Below are positions 8,101 to 17,261 of a stretch of 64,000 nt of DNA, piece after piece; positions within the stretch are counted from its first letter, which is position 1; every line of letters starts with the position of its first letter. The notes below the pieces were generated by a model. That model was given only the letters and a program-made list of their open reading frames with translations, made no database searches and was not told where the DNA came from. A program made the position numbers and the translations under genes. Source of the stretch: Leptospiraceae bacterium (GTDB lineage Bacteria > Spirochaetota > Leptospiria > Leptospirales > Leptonemataceae); the NCBI GenBank assembly GCA_040217195.1, contig JAVJNR010000001.1, forward strand, positions 1-64,000, written 5' to 3'.

Positions 8101-8341
8101 CGCTAATGGAGCGGAGTTCCTTTTCTATGGGAATACTGACCAGTTGTTCGATTTCATCTGGCGAAGCGCCTGGATAGATGGTGGTGATGGATACCCGGTC
8201 AAAGTTAACATTGGGAAAAGCTTCCCGATTCATGTTAACAATGGTTCGAGTTCCTGCCAGAAGGATCATGACTACCAGAAGGTTGATAAATAGACGCTGA
8301 CGAACAAAGAAGTGAATGATTTTGATCATAAATATTCCCAA
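5141..8341 (-). CDS. Efflux RND transporter permease subunit (AcrB/AcrD/AcrF family)
   Basis: 1066 aa; YPGASPDEIEQLV, LGMIVDFSIVVAEN, RFRPVLLTSLTTVLGLIP motifs. Confidence 0.95.
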   Translation of the reverse strand: MGIFMIKIIHFFVRQRLFINLLVVMILLAGTRTIVNMNREAFPNVNFDRVSITTIYPGASPDEIEQLVSIPIEKELRSISGLDKVNSYNLENISVFVLEIDPDASDKKKIIDDIKDGVDATVDDLPANSELPIVEEITFDTQPVVDVALFGGDGGLEDYRKLRQTAQHLEDYIYDVDGVAEVELYGYRDREYLVEVQPEALRRDRVGFNDVIQSIANRNLNLPGGVIRKGPNEYLLRTKEQYRNAQEIAQTVVQANIGGGALRVKDLATVIDTYEEPDLLERFDAQPAIIMKVWKKKESDMLVLADTLKNSLEQYKGAQLPEGVELQYFNDQSRFVRTRLSSLLVNGGIGFALLAITLILILGFRMSFIVGMSIPVAFMVAFMGMSTVGITLNVVSMFALVMVLGMIVDFSIVVAENGFRYMEEGMSRVEAVETGTAEVFWPVTTTLLCITAAFFPLLYMTGIVGKFVWSIPMVIILCLCASWLAAMFILPSHLETFARVKDVDRLEGASDGSDGNSGGFFGTLTDGYAKFLSFCLHRRYLAVGSLIGVFFLSLVLAAFALGFVFFPGGGGEGILVRTRMPQGTNLQTNLQALKPLEDLALKTLPPEDLESMQTRVGVELANPTDPAPSEATHRGTLILNLTPVGEREKDAGDMLTSLRKATEAARKEGMIHQDLSLDFRIQEGGPPVGMPVNVEIRGDDIETLRTIADEYMTYLRGINGVFDVSTDLEPGKLEYRFDVNEVKAARSELSVATIATTIRSAFDGAIATTVNEGEDEIEVRVRFPDRARSGEENLRDVYVSNNKGGLVPLSAVTDWGEPTPGYSMINRLNFRRVGKVQANVEKGTITSAAVNQKLIEKFQDIESRYPGYTINYGGEEEDRNESLGNLAVLFGFAMLTIYMILASFFRSLILPVVVMSAIPFGLVGVILALLAHGEPLSFMSLLGVVSLAGVVVSNTLVLVQFIINRRKEEPDVHNAVVRAGSMRFRPVLLTSLTTVLGLIPTVYGIGGEDAFVAPLALSFGYGLVFATFITLVLVPCLYLIAEDLKNFGATVLERFNISLPAAPGDD

Positions 8342-8719
8342 ATTATACCCGCTGAATCCATCTCATCCCCGAATGAATCTGGGATTTGTATTGCATTCCG
8401 GCAGGCGAAAGGCTTTGAATTATTCCGGAAACTCCGTTCATGGAAGGTCTTCGGAGGAAGTCTCTGCCTAAAGCAACCAGGCGCTGGAGGATTGGTCAAC
8501 TGAGTAACTACTGTTACATCAGGTTTTTTTAGCGTCCCTCTGAGTGAAACAAAAAAGCTGAAAGAATACCTGAAGTTGATTTCAGGCAGTTTCTTGCTCG
8601 CGGGGATTCGGTCTAATGTAAGTGCTATTAAGCTTCGTCCATGAACGGGCCCTGGTTTTATTATTTCATTTCCGTTGCATCGGCAAGATTTTCAACGATT
8701 CGTGGATTGGCCTGGATCT

Positions 8720-8776
8720 GGACTAGCTACAGACAGGACTAGCCACAGACAGGATTAGCTACAGACAGGATTAGCC
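8720..8776. repeat. 16-bp tandem repeat x3.5 (GGAYTAGCYACAGACA)
   Basis: Direct inspection. Confidence 0.9.
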
Positions 8777-8847
8777 TGGGTTTGCGTTGGCTTCCGATCC
8801 ACAATTCTCCGTCAGACTATTAGCACAAGCCTTCGTAGTTCGAAACC

Positions 8848-9711
8848 CTATGGCTCCAGTTCATCTGGAAGAACCGATTTCTTGTTTCTACCCAGCCAGA
8901 AGAATATCGTTGTTAATGCCATCAGAGGAGCCAGAAACCAGAGAGGATAACCTGCATAGTTCAGGTTTTCAATGGTGTTTCCAAATGAATCGGAAGAGCC
9001 AGGCAGACTTAGATCCATGGCAAAATGGTTGGCCTTTCGCAGAACTACACTCTGACCGTCCGGGAGCCGCAAGACATTGGTATGCCCCGGGTTTTCGGAG
9101 CCGGCCAGGATAACTACATTCAATGGGCTGGATTCTGGTTTCCAGTTTCTCAGTTGAAACTCTATCATCGCAAAGTGCCTGTCTGTTGCGACTCGAATTG
9201 GATTGGGCTCTGCCGGCAGTCCTTCCCGGGAAACTATCTTCAGTCCTGATTCTATGTAATGAACAACTGCTTTCTTTAAGTCCTCATCGCTCAATGTCCG
9301 AACGTGGATTCCTGATTTTTCCATGGCGCGATACAGATCATCTCCAAAGTGCATTTCCAGCACCCATCCCTGGTTTGTATTTCGCAGGAAAAGCACTGAC
9401 GGCCGATCCTGCGCCAACAATGCAGAAGAAAGAAAGAGCAGAGCGGTAACCATTAATCTGGTGGCTGGCATCGTTGCAGCGATGAGCGCCTTGATAAAGG
9501 CCCTGAATCTATTCGCTGATTCAAATTTGTGTCCATTGAAGGATGTGGTCTTGTTGCCCGCCAGAAGAGAGCTGTTTTTATTCGCTGATTCAGAGTTGTG
9601 TCCGTTGAAGGATGCAATCTGGATGCCCGTCCGAAGGGGGCTGACTATCTGCGCAGATCCATAAATTGGTCCGTTGAGTTGGAGCCGGATTTCTTTATTT
9701 GCAACTTTCAT
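8848..9711 (-). CDS. Hypothetical exported/membrane-anchored protein
   Basis: GAGGAGG RBS before MKVANKE; internal signal-like segment (LMVTALLFLSSALLA) and C-terminal TM helix; true start may be later. Confidence 0.55.
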   Translation of the reverse strand: MKVANKEIRLQLNGPIYGSAQIVSPLRTGIQIASFNGHNSESANKNSSLLAGNKTTSFNGHKFESANRFRAFIKALIAATMPATRLMVTALLFLSSALLAQDRPSVLFLRNTNQGWVLEMHFGDDLYRAMEKSGIHVRTLSDEDLKKAVVHYIESGLKIVSREGLPAEPNPIRVATDRHFAMIEFQLRNWKPESSPLNVVILAGSENPGHTNVLRLPDGQSVVLRKANHFAMDLSLPGSSDSFGNTIENLNYAGYPLWFLAPLMALTTIFFWLGRNKKSVLPDELEP

Positions 9712-9930
9712 CGAATCCTCCTCTGGCCGCGCCCATGTGCGGTGCAAGACAGCACCACCATTTCTAGGACGGTTCCGACCTGAGTTCTGTTCTGAATTAC
9801 AATTAGGACGAAAATAAATCCCGGATTTTTGCACATCCATGGCTACAAACAGCCTCTTTTGTGGTCTCATTCGATCCAATGATACATTCGCTGCCTGTAA
9901 CCGTAGTTTACGGCCGGGAGAACTCCAATT

Positions 9931-10803
9931 ATGTACCACAGACCAAAGCAATTCTATGAAGCGTCCGGGGGATTAGCCCATTTGGGTAAATTCTACCGCC
10001 TTCGAAAAGTAAGCCTCCAATCGATTCCACTGCTAGTGGGATGCTTCTTCCTTTTAACGGGCTGTCAGGGACCGGACTCCGGGGCTGTGGATGCAAGAAC
10101 TCCAGATGATACTCCAGTGGTGCTGGAACTATTCACTTCTCAGGGTTGCTCCAGCTGTCCTCCAGCAGATGCATTACTGAGCCAATTCCGAGCCGAAAAA
10201 ACCATTCATGGCCGAGAGGTTATTGTTCTTTCGCATCATGTGGACTACTGGAATCGATTGGGCTGGACGGACCCTTATTCGAGACCAGAGGCCAGCGATA
10301 GACAGGAATACTATGCCAGGGCACTTCCCACAGGAGGGCTTTATACTCCTCAAATTGTGATTGATGGACGTTATGAAACGGTGGGGCATAATGAATCGGA
10401 GATCAGAAAAGCCATTGCAGAATCGAAAATCGTTCCAGATACAATTCCAGTTACTCTGCAGATTCAGGTTGATTGGAAGGAATCTAATACAATGCAAATA
10501 ACGGTGATTACTAGCAGGGAACTGAAAGAGGATGAGTTACTGTATTTGCTGCTTGCAGAAGATGAGCTAAATAACTCCGTTCCCCGGGGGGAAAATGCGA
10601 ATCGCACTCTGTCCCATGATGGAGTGGTTCACTGGATGAAACCTTTGAAGCGATCGGACCTAAAACCTACCGTTTACAAACATTTTGAGTCTGGCTCCAT
10701 GCAAGCCAATCAAAACCTCCGGTTCGTGGCCCTGGTTCAGTCTAAAGATGCCAGCATATCAGGAGCGGCTCAGAAAGAAATCCGGCCAGATGCGATTCGT
10801 TGA
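9931..10803 (+). CDS. DUF1223 thioredoxin-like protein (probable lipoprotein)
   Basis: VVLELFTSQGCSSCPPAD, HVDYWNRLGWTDPYS, YTPQIVIDG motifs. Confidence 0.9.
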   Translation: MYHRPKQFYEASGGLAHLGKFYRLRKVSLQSIPLLVGCFFLLTGCQGPDSGAVDARTPDDTPVVLELFTSQGCSSCPPADALLSQFRAEKTIHGREVIVLSHHVDYWNRLGWTDPYSRPEASDRQEYYARALPTGGLYTPQIVIDGRYETVGHNESEIRKAIAESKIVPDTIPVTLQIQVDWKESNTMQITVITSRELKEDELLYLLLAEDELNNSVPRGENANRTLSHDGVVHWMKPLKRSDLKPTVYKHFESGSMQANQNLRFVALVQSKDASISGAAQKEIRPDAIR

Positions 10804-10952
10804 ATTCTAATGTTCCAAAGGGTAGGACAGGCATTAGGACAGCCGATTTTCTCAAAGTGCCAGATCTATCATCTTGCCAGCCACTGTCAGTGGCAATGTC
10901 ACGACCGGTGTCAGGAAGTTGTGTCGATCTCCATTTCTGGATGGAACGGAGA

Positions 10953-12119
10953 TTACCAGGTTACCGTTTGATAATAGCAGGGCCGGATATAGTTAGGATT
11001 GTCTCGAATATTTCCAATCGTCACTGCCAGGTTGTTCAGTCTTGCACGAATGCGAAGGTAGAATGCCCGAAACGCAGGATGATTGTGTGATTTTGGATTA
11101 CTCATAAATATCCAGCCCAGATTATTTTCCGGGTACCATTGCATGGTCCCTCCCATACCGTACCAGAGTGCGGCATGATTCACCAGAAGAGGCCGTCCTC
11201 GAGCCGACCAGATTCTCCAGGCAACACCTCTATATTCCACAAATTCGCAGCTGGGTTTGGCAGCCGGAGTGCCGAACATTTGCAGATAGCTACTTTCTTT
11301 TAGAATGGTTTTTTCTCCGTATTTTCCATGCGAAAGCATCATCATCAAGAATTTGCGGAGATCTGTGGTGGAAGTCCACATTCCAGCCGCCCCGTCGGTT
11401 TTGTATCCGCTATCGGTATGGTTCATTTCCATTGGCTTGATAATAAATTCCTGAAAATAGCGATGAACAGGTAATCCGGACACAGCCAATACCACGCGGC
11501 CAAGCAATCGGTATCCATTGTTTGAATAGGCAAACATAGTTCCAGGTCTTGCAATGCGAGAACCTCCCTCGGTCAATCCGGAGGTATGGGTTAATAGATG
11601 GCGGATGGTTACCTGGTCCCAGTAAGCATGGTAATATACGGAGCCAGGCAGGTAAGTATTGACCGGAGCATCCAGATCCAGGCGTCCTCTTTCTGCAAGT
11701 TGAAGGATGGCTACTGCTGTAAATGGTTTGGTAAAGGAAACCACTGGATATTTTCGATGCAGGTTAGTTTCCACTCCGCGCTGGTAGATTACATTTTGAT
11801 CATTGACTATGGCTACCGTAACCGTGGAGATTCCATAGGCTCGAGCCGTTTGTTCCATCCATCGATCGAATGCCATTAACTCATTGTGGATCTCCTGAAT
11901 CTGATAGGAATCATGGGAGTGGGCCAGAACAGCATTGAGCTTTTCGCGGCTATAATAAAGTCCTGTTTTATCACCGATGGAATCTTCATCCGGGTACAGA
12001 CTCAAGCTGGCAGGTCGCATTCTCTGCCGGTCCTCTCTGGAGAGCTGACTGGAACATTTTAGAGCCAGAATAACCGTTACAGATAATACCAGAAAGGAAA
12101 AGTAAGTAACCGGTTTCAC
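10953..12119 (-). CDS. Serine hydrolase, beta-lactamase/PBP-like family
   Basis: SxxK (SFTK), TIRHLLTHTSGL, YSN motif. Confidence 0.9.
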   Translation of the reverse strand: MKPVTYFSFLVLSVTVILALKCSSQLSREDRQRMRPASLSLYPDEDSIGDKTGLYYSREKLNAVLAHSHDSYQIQEIHNELMAFDRWMEQTARAYGISTVTVAIVNDQNVIYQRGVETNLHRKYPVVSFTKPFTAVAILQLAERGRLDLDAPVNTYLPGSVYYHAYWDQVTIRHLLTHTSGLTEGGSRIARPGTMFAYSNNGYRLLGRVVLAVSGLPVHRYFQEFIIKPMEMNHTDSGYKTDGAAGMWTSTTDLRKFLMMMLSHGKYGEKTILKESSYLQMFGTPAAKPSCEFVEYRGVAWRIWSARGRPLLVNHAALWYGMGGTMQWYPENNLGWIFMSNPKSHNHPAFRAFYLRIRARLNNLAVTIGNIRDNPNYIRPCYYQTVTW

Positions 12120-12380
12120 AGGTGCGCAGGCTACAGTACGGTCCGAATGATAGTCTACCTAAAAATAGTCCCCGGACACTAACGCCGTTGAACTCCCTTC
12201 GGATCCAGATGATCAAGGATTCAGCGCCACAGGTAGTCTTTCATTTTCTGCAGAGTCAAAGGAATGCAGAAAACGGATCGCAACGGTTGGGTCATGCAGT
12301 CCGATTGAAGTGCTGGAAGTGCGAAGCGAAGCCCCTGCCGGGTTTCCATAAATTGCATTTTTGCTCTGCAAATCCCACAG

Positions 12381-12438
12381 CCTGGACCGGAGGGCGCCTC
12401 CATTGCCATCCTGGACCGGAGGGCGCCTCCATTGCCAT
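12381..12438. repeat. Perfect 29-bp tandem duplication
   Basis: CCTGGACCGGAGGGCGCCTCCATTGCCAT x2. Confidence 0.9.
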
Positions 12439-12581
12439 GGTAGGAAGAATCAATATGATTCGAGCAATGTATCTGCACGATCTTCAGATCTTTTGTGATG
12501 TAGTGTGCAGCCGGGTCGAGGAATGGATGAATGCTGGATATGTCCGAAAGTGGGCTCCATCGTCTATAGCCGATTTATTGA

Positions 12582-13229
12582 TTGAATACTCCTTCGATTA
12601 AACTGTGGCCTGTGGACCCTGGAATTTTCTATCTCGTAAATTACAGTCTGGCGCTCTGCCTTCCTGTGCTGGTTACGATCTGGTCTCGAAGGAAAAAAGA
12701 AAGTTATGGGCCGGAGCTTTCTTTTGTATTCTGGATCGGTGTCTTGCTGGGAGCGGGCTGGGAATTTCCGTTCAACGCCTGGGCCGCATATGATCCCGAC
12801 TCCATTGTTGCTTATCTGGTGCAGCCTCCGTTGCCCTGGCCAGTCTGCGCATTACTTCATTCATTCTGGGATGGGGGTATTTTTCTAATAGGATGGGGCC
12901 TCGTGGGCTTGCTTTCCGGTTCAAAGCGTGGCGATGGGTTTATCTCTGGTTTCACTGCGGGGAATGGATATCGTCCTTTTCAGCTCTGGATCTTAGTAGT
13001 CTGGGGCCAACTTCAGGAGCTACTTGTGGAACTGGGAAGTCTGGGCATAGGTGCCTGGGAATGGAGAAGTGCCTGGTGGAATCCAGCTTTGTTCGAATTC
13101 CAGGGCCATTCCATTACTTTGCTTCCTCAGTTGATCTGGCTAATGGCCAGCCTGGTTTTTTATGCAATCATGCAAGCTAGAGGTTCCGGGAAGGGTCCAG
13201 CTCCCCGTCATTCCTGGAATCCATTCTAG
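12582..13229 (+). CDS. Hypothetical multi-pass membrane protein
   Basis: Several hydrophobic Trp-rich helices; start uncertain. Confidence 0.65.
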   Translation: MNTPSIKLWPVDPGIFYLVNYSLALCLPVLVTIWSRRKKESYGPELSFVFWIGVLLGAGWEFPFNAWAAYDPDSIVAYLVQPPLPWPVCALLHSFWDGGIFLIGWGLVGLLSGSKRGDGFISGFTAGNGYRPFQLWILVVWGQLQELLVELGSLGIGAWEWRSAWWNPALFEFQGHSITLLPQLIWLMASLVFYAIMQARGSGKGPAPRHSWNPF

Positions 13230-13706
13230 AATTCTTGGATTTGACAGAATATTTAAATATTTATCATAAAGAGATATATTAGGGAAAGGTAGGCAGCGGG
13301 TCTGAAAAATCCCGGGATCCACTTTGCTATTGGCATCGGCATTAGTCTTGCCGGGCGCGAACTTTGATGTATGGGCCAATCCAATGGGCTGGGCTTTGAG
13401 ATAGTGATTCGTCAGAGACTGAGCCTGTAGAGACCAGAAAGCCAAATACTTCGGTTATTGCTGAGCCAAAACGAAGATGGATTTCAATCCGCTCCATTTC
13501 ATTTCCTTTTGGGAAGCGGCCAAAGAAAATTGGACTACCAGAAATGAGGCCTTCCATGGCAAAGCGTTTCATCCAATAGTCAGCTTATCCTTTCGCATCG
13601 GATGTCCGGAAGCCGGGAATTTTTCGCGGGCGTATTTCTTTCAGAGAATAGATCCTGCTTCGGCAGCATCCATTCCTAATTCGAATCAGCCAGTTGAGTC
13701 AGGTCC

Positions 13707-14648
13707 TTATCGGCTATGCTTTTCGAAGAAATCCAGAATTACTCTGGAAGCCGATAGATCCTTTGTTGGCACAGGGCCGTTTCTGCGTCCAGACACTCCT
13801 CCAGGCCAGGCATGGCCTTCTGCCTGCAGTGCAATGACTGTTACCGGTGCTTTTTCGGGACAGGGATAACTCCATTGCTGAAATCTCTGAATTCCGTTAA
13901 AGGGCCGGGAGCTGTAATTCATTTCGCATCCGTTGTTTCTGGCCCAGAAGCGAGATGCAAATTCCACAGAGGCGAAACTACCTTCCATATTGTTCTGCAC
14001 TACTTCCATCTCACTTCGTCCGCCCTCAAAAGGAACGGTGTCATCCGATTTCCCATGAATAATCAATACGGGTAGTGGAGCTGCAGGAGCCGATTCATCG
14101 CCAAACATGGCCCCGGAGACCACGGCAATACCGGCCAGCCTGGGCGCAAGGGTGAGCGCCGCTCGATAAGTCATCATCCCTCCGTTGGAGTATCCGCATA
14201 GATAGATTCGATTTACATCTACCGGATACTCAGCAATCAAATGATCCAGAAAAGCTCTTAGAAATTCTACATCGTTTACGTTATCTCGCATGGCTTTGCC
14301 GCAGCATCCGCCTGCATTCCAGGTCTTGAGTGCACGGGAGATTCTGGGGCCCGTGCCATCCGGATAAGCCATGATGAATCCCATTTTCTGAGCGGGTTCA
14401 GTCATCTGGCTGATGGACTCTGCAAATTCTGCATTTCCACCGCCACCATGGAGCTGAATAATCAATGGATATTTCCTGGATGAGCCGGGCGCAAATCCAT
14501 CCGGCAGTCGCACAAAGTAGCTTCGTTCCTGGCCGGAGTAGGATACCTGGGATCTGGGAATTCCGCTGCAGGAAAGCAGAACAAAGACAAACAGCAGTGT
14601 CACCGGTGCAATTCTGATGAGGGTTTTTCGTATTGTGGATACATTCAT
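13707..14648 (-). CDS. PHB depolymerase/LpqC-family alpha/beta-hydrolase esterase (lipoprotein)
   Basis: LHGGGG, WNAGGCCG, GYSNGG nucleophile, HGKSD, GHAWPG. Confidence 0.9.
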   Translation of the reverse strand: MNVSTIRKTLIRIAPVTLLFVFVLLSCSGIPRSQVSYSGQERSYFVRLPDGFAPGSSRKYPLIIQLHGGGGNAEFAESISQMTEPAQKMGFIMAYPDGTGPRISRALKTWNAGGCCGKAMRDNVNDVEFLRAFLDHLIAEYPVDVNRIYLCGYSNGGMMTYRAALTLAPRLAGIAVVSGAMFGDESAPAAPLPVLIIHGKSDDTVPFEGGRSEMEVVQNNMEGSFASVEFASRFWARNNGCEMNYSSRPFNGIQRFQQWSYPCPEKAPVTVIALQAEGHAWPGGVSGRRNGPVPTKDLSASRVILDFFEKHSR

Positions 14649-14866
14649 GGGATCTCTTTTGAAGGTCCTTCTGATCTGGCATTGTCTGCGGCGATGATAG
14701 AACTCTTTCTGGAGGGAATTACCACTCATCATCTGACTGGAAAAGCACTTTTCAATAATCGAATAAGCCGGGATTCCGCGAGAGGACTCGATCTATTATT
14801 TCTATTTCAACGTTCTAAAACTTTCTTGTAGGCGAAAGGAATCTAGACTGTATATGGCTTACTATT

Positions 14867-16246
14867 ATGGACATCCAAAAAGAACGTAAAGATAAGGGCC
14901 TCAGTGCGAACCTCTGGGTGAGTCTCAGCATTTTTGGACTGATCGGTCAAATGGCCTGGGCCCTGGAGAATATGTATTTAAACATATATCTCTATAAGAC
15001 TGTTACTTTTGATCCGGATGCCATTGCCATTATGGTAGCTGCAAGTGCAATTGTGGCCACTGTAACCACTCTGACCATTGGGGCTCTTTCAGATCGTCTT
15101 AGAAAGCGAAAAGTTTTCATTGTGGGCGGCTATATGATCTGGGGGATCTCCATCGGCGGGTTTGGTTTTATCACTCCAGCCACCGTTCAGGCCCTTCTTC
15201 CTGGATTTGAGGTAATTGCTACGACCGTGGGAATTATCATTCTTCTGGACTGCCTCATGACTTTTATTGGTTCCTCGGCCAACGATGCAGCCTTTCAGGC
15301 CTGGGTTAACGATGTCACTGTGCCTTCCAACCGTGGGAAAGCGGAAGGTCTGCTGGCCACAATGCCTCTTCTGGCCATGCTTGTTGTATTTGGAGCTCTG
15401 GATGGATTCACACAGCGAGGAGAATGGAAGCTTTTCTTTTTTATCGTAGGGGGGATTGTCATCCTTGCTGGTATCCTGGGTCTGTTTCTTATTCAGGATC
15501 AGGTTCCAGAAAGAAAGAATGCTCATTATTTACAGGACTTGATTTTCGGTTTTAAACCATCCACGGTTAGAAGCAACTGGCTACTCTATCTGATCTTTCT
15601 TTCCATTTGTATTCTGGGAGTAGCCCAGCAGGTATTCATTCCTTACTTCATCCTATATTTCGAATTCTTTCTGGGTATCAAAGACTATGCACTGATGCTT
15701 GCCTCTATTCTGATTGTTTCTTCCATCATCAGCGTTGTCGGGGGACGTTACGTAGATCGATTTGATAAAAAGGGATTCTTAACGATTTCGGTATTACTCT
15801 ACCTACTGGGAATGGTGCTTCTTTACGTTCTGGGTCGATTCTGGCCCAGGTTCGATCTTTCTGCTGCATTTCTTACCGCTGCTGCGGGTATTCTAATGAT
15901 GGGAACCTATTTGCTGGCCATGGTGGTTTTAAACTCCATGGGCCGGGATTTGATGCCAGTATCTCACGTGGGTGTCTTCGTGGGCATTCGCATGGTTTTT
16001 TTCGTCTTGATTCCCATGATTGCAGGGCCTTTTATTGGTTCTGCCATCATCAAGAATAGCTCTTCAACCTACACGGATGAATTTGGAATAATACAGAGCA
16101 CTCCCATTCCGGAGATCTACCTGGGAGGAACCATTGCCGGGCTGCTTACATTTATTCCTCTTTTCTTTATCCTGAAGGCTCTGAGGTCCCCTGAATACCA
16201 GCATATTTCCTTTCCAGCCCAGGAGGCCTCAAAGAATGAATCATGA
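14867..16246 (+). CDS. MFS transporter (sugar/glycoside type)
   Basis: About 12 TM helices, GALSDRLRKRK MFS motif A. Confidence 0.9.
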   Translation: MDIQKERKDKGLSANLWVSLSIFGLIGQMAWALENMYLNIYLYKTVTFDPDAIAIMVAASAIVATVTTLTIGALSDRLRKRKVFIVGGYMIWGISIGGFGFITPATVQALLPGFEVIATTVGIIILLDCLMTFIGSSANDAAFQAWVNDVTVPSNRGKAEGLLATMPLLAMLVVFGALDGFTQRGEWKLFFFIVGGIVILAGILGLFLIQDQVPERKNAHYLQDLIFGFKPSTVRSNWLLYLIFLSICILGVAQQVFIPYFILYFEFFLGIKDYALMLASILIVSSIISVVGGRYVDRFDKKGFLTISVLLYLLGMVLLYVLGRFWPRFDLSAAFLTAAAGILMMGTYLLAMVVLNSMGRDLMPVSHVGVFVGIRMVFFVLIPMIAGPFIGSAIIKNSSSTYTDEFGIIQSTPIPEIYLGGTIAGLLTFIPLFFILKALRSPEYQHISFPAQEASKNES

Positions 16247-17261
16247 GATTCAGGATCGCAAGCCTCTTCACAATGAACGTGGATTAATCTCCGAACCGGG
16301 GTACTCGAGAGAGCTTCTTCTGGATTATGACCGTAGCCGCATCCAATCTTCCCGTCTTCGGATCAAAGAATGGGATTTTTATCTAGTAGGTAATGAAAGA
16401 TATGCCCTGGCCTTTGTTGTGGCTGACAACGGATACATGGGTCTGGGAAGCGTAACATTTTTCGACTTTGAACAAAGCAGAAAGCATAGTTGCGATAAAT
16501 TTACTCTGTTTCCCCTGGGCAATCTTGGCCTGCCTTCGCAGAGCCGGGAGGGCAGGACCTGCTTTCGTAGCAAGAAACTGGAAATAGAAATCGTTGCAGA
16601 GCCGGAAAAGAAACTAGTGAGGATCAAAGCTCCGAACTTTATAAAAGGCGAACCCCTGGAAGCAGACATAGTTTTAGGTAGTCTGCCCCGGGACAGTATA
16701 GTCATCGCCACTCCTTATAAAAAGGGAAAGGCCTTCTACTACAATCAGAAGGTAAACTGTATGCAGGCCACCGGGAGATTCTGTATCGGATCCAGAGAAT
16801 TTGATCTGAATGGCGACCTGGGTGTGCTGGACTGGGGGCGAGGGGTATGGTCCTACAATAATACCTGGTACTGGAGTTCACTTTCAACCTGGCTACCGGA
16901 TGGCTCCACTTTCGGATTTAATTTGGGCTATGGATTTGGAGATACATCTGCGGCCAGTGAGAACATGCTCTTCTATAACGGTGTAGCCCATAAACTGGAT
17001 CAGGTGGACTTTGGACTCCCTGAGAGGGATGGCCAGGATGATTTCTTATCCACCTGGAGCTTCAGCTCAAACGAGGACCGGCTGAACCTGAAATTTCATC
17101 CGGTGTTTGATAGTCATACCAGGATTAATCTTATGCTCATAGGTCAGAATGCTCACCAGGTATTCGGTCACTTTTCCGGGGAGGCAATCCTGGACGACGG
17201 AAAGAGAATACAGCTGGAGAATGCATTCGGGTTCGCAGAGAAGGTGCATAACCGGTGGTAA
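16236..17261 (+). CDS. DUF2804 family protein
   Basis: RIKEWDFY, LDWGRGVW, HQVFGHFSG, GFAEKVHNRW motifs. Confidence 0.8.
   Translation: MNHEIQDRKPLHNERGLISEPGYSRELLLDYDRSRIQSSRLRIKEWDFYLVGNERYALAFVVADNGYMGLGSVTFFDFEQSRKHSCDKFTLFPLGNLGLPSQSREGRTCFRSKKLEIEIVAEPEKKLVRIKAPNFIKGEPLEADIVLGSLPRDSIVIATPYKKGKAFYYNQKVNCMQATGRFCIGSREFDLNGDLGVLDWGRGVWSYNNTWYWSSLSTWLPDGSTFGFNLGYGFGDTSAASENMLFYNGVAHKLDQVDFGLPERDGQDDFLSTWSFSSNEDRLNLKFHPVFDSHTRINLMLIGQNAHQVFGHFSGEAILDDGKRIQLENAFGFAEKVHNRW

Noticed and set aside
12122..12601. 159-aa plus-strand ORF
   Set aside because: No recognisable motif, runs through a 29-bp duplication and overlaps the next gene; probably spurious.
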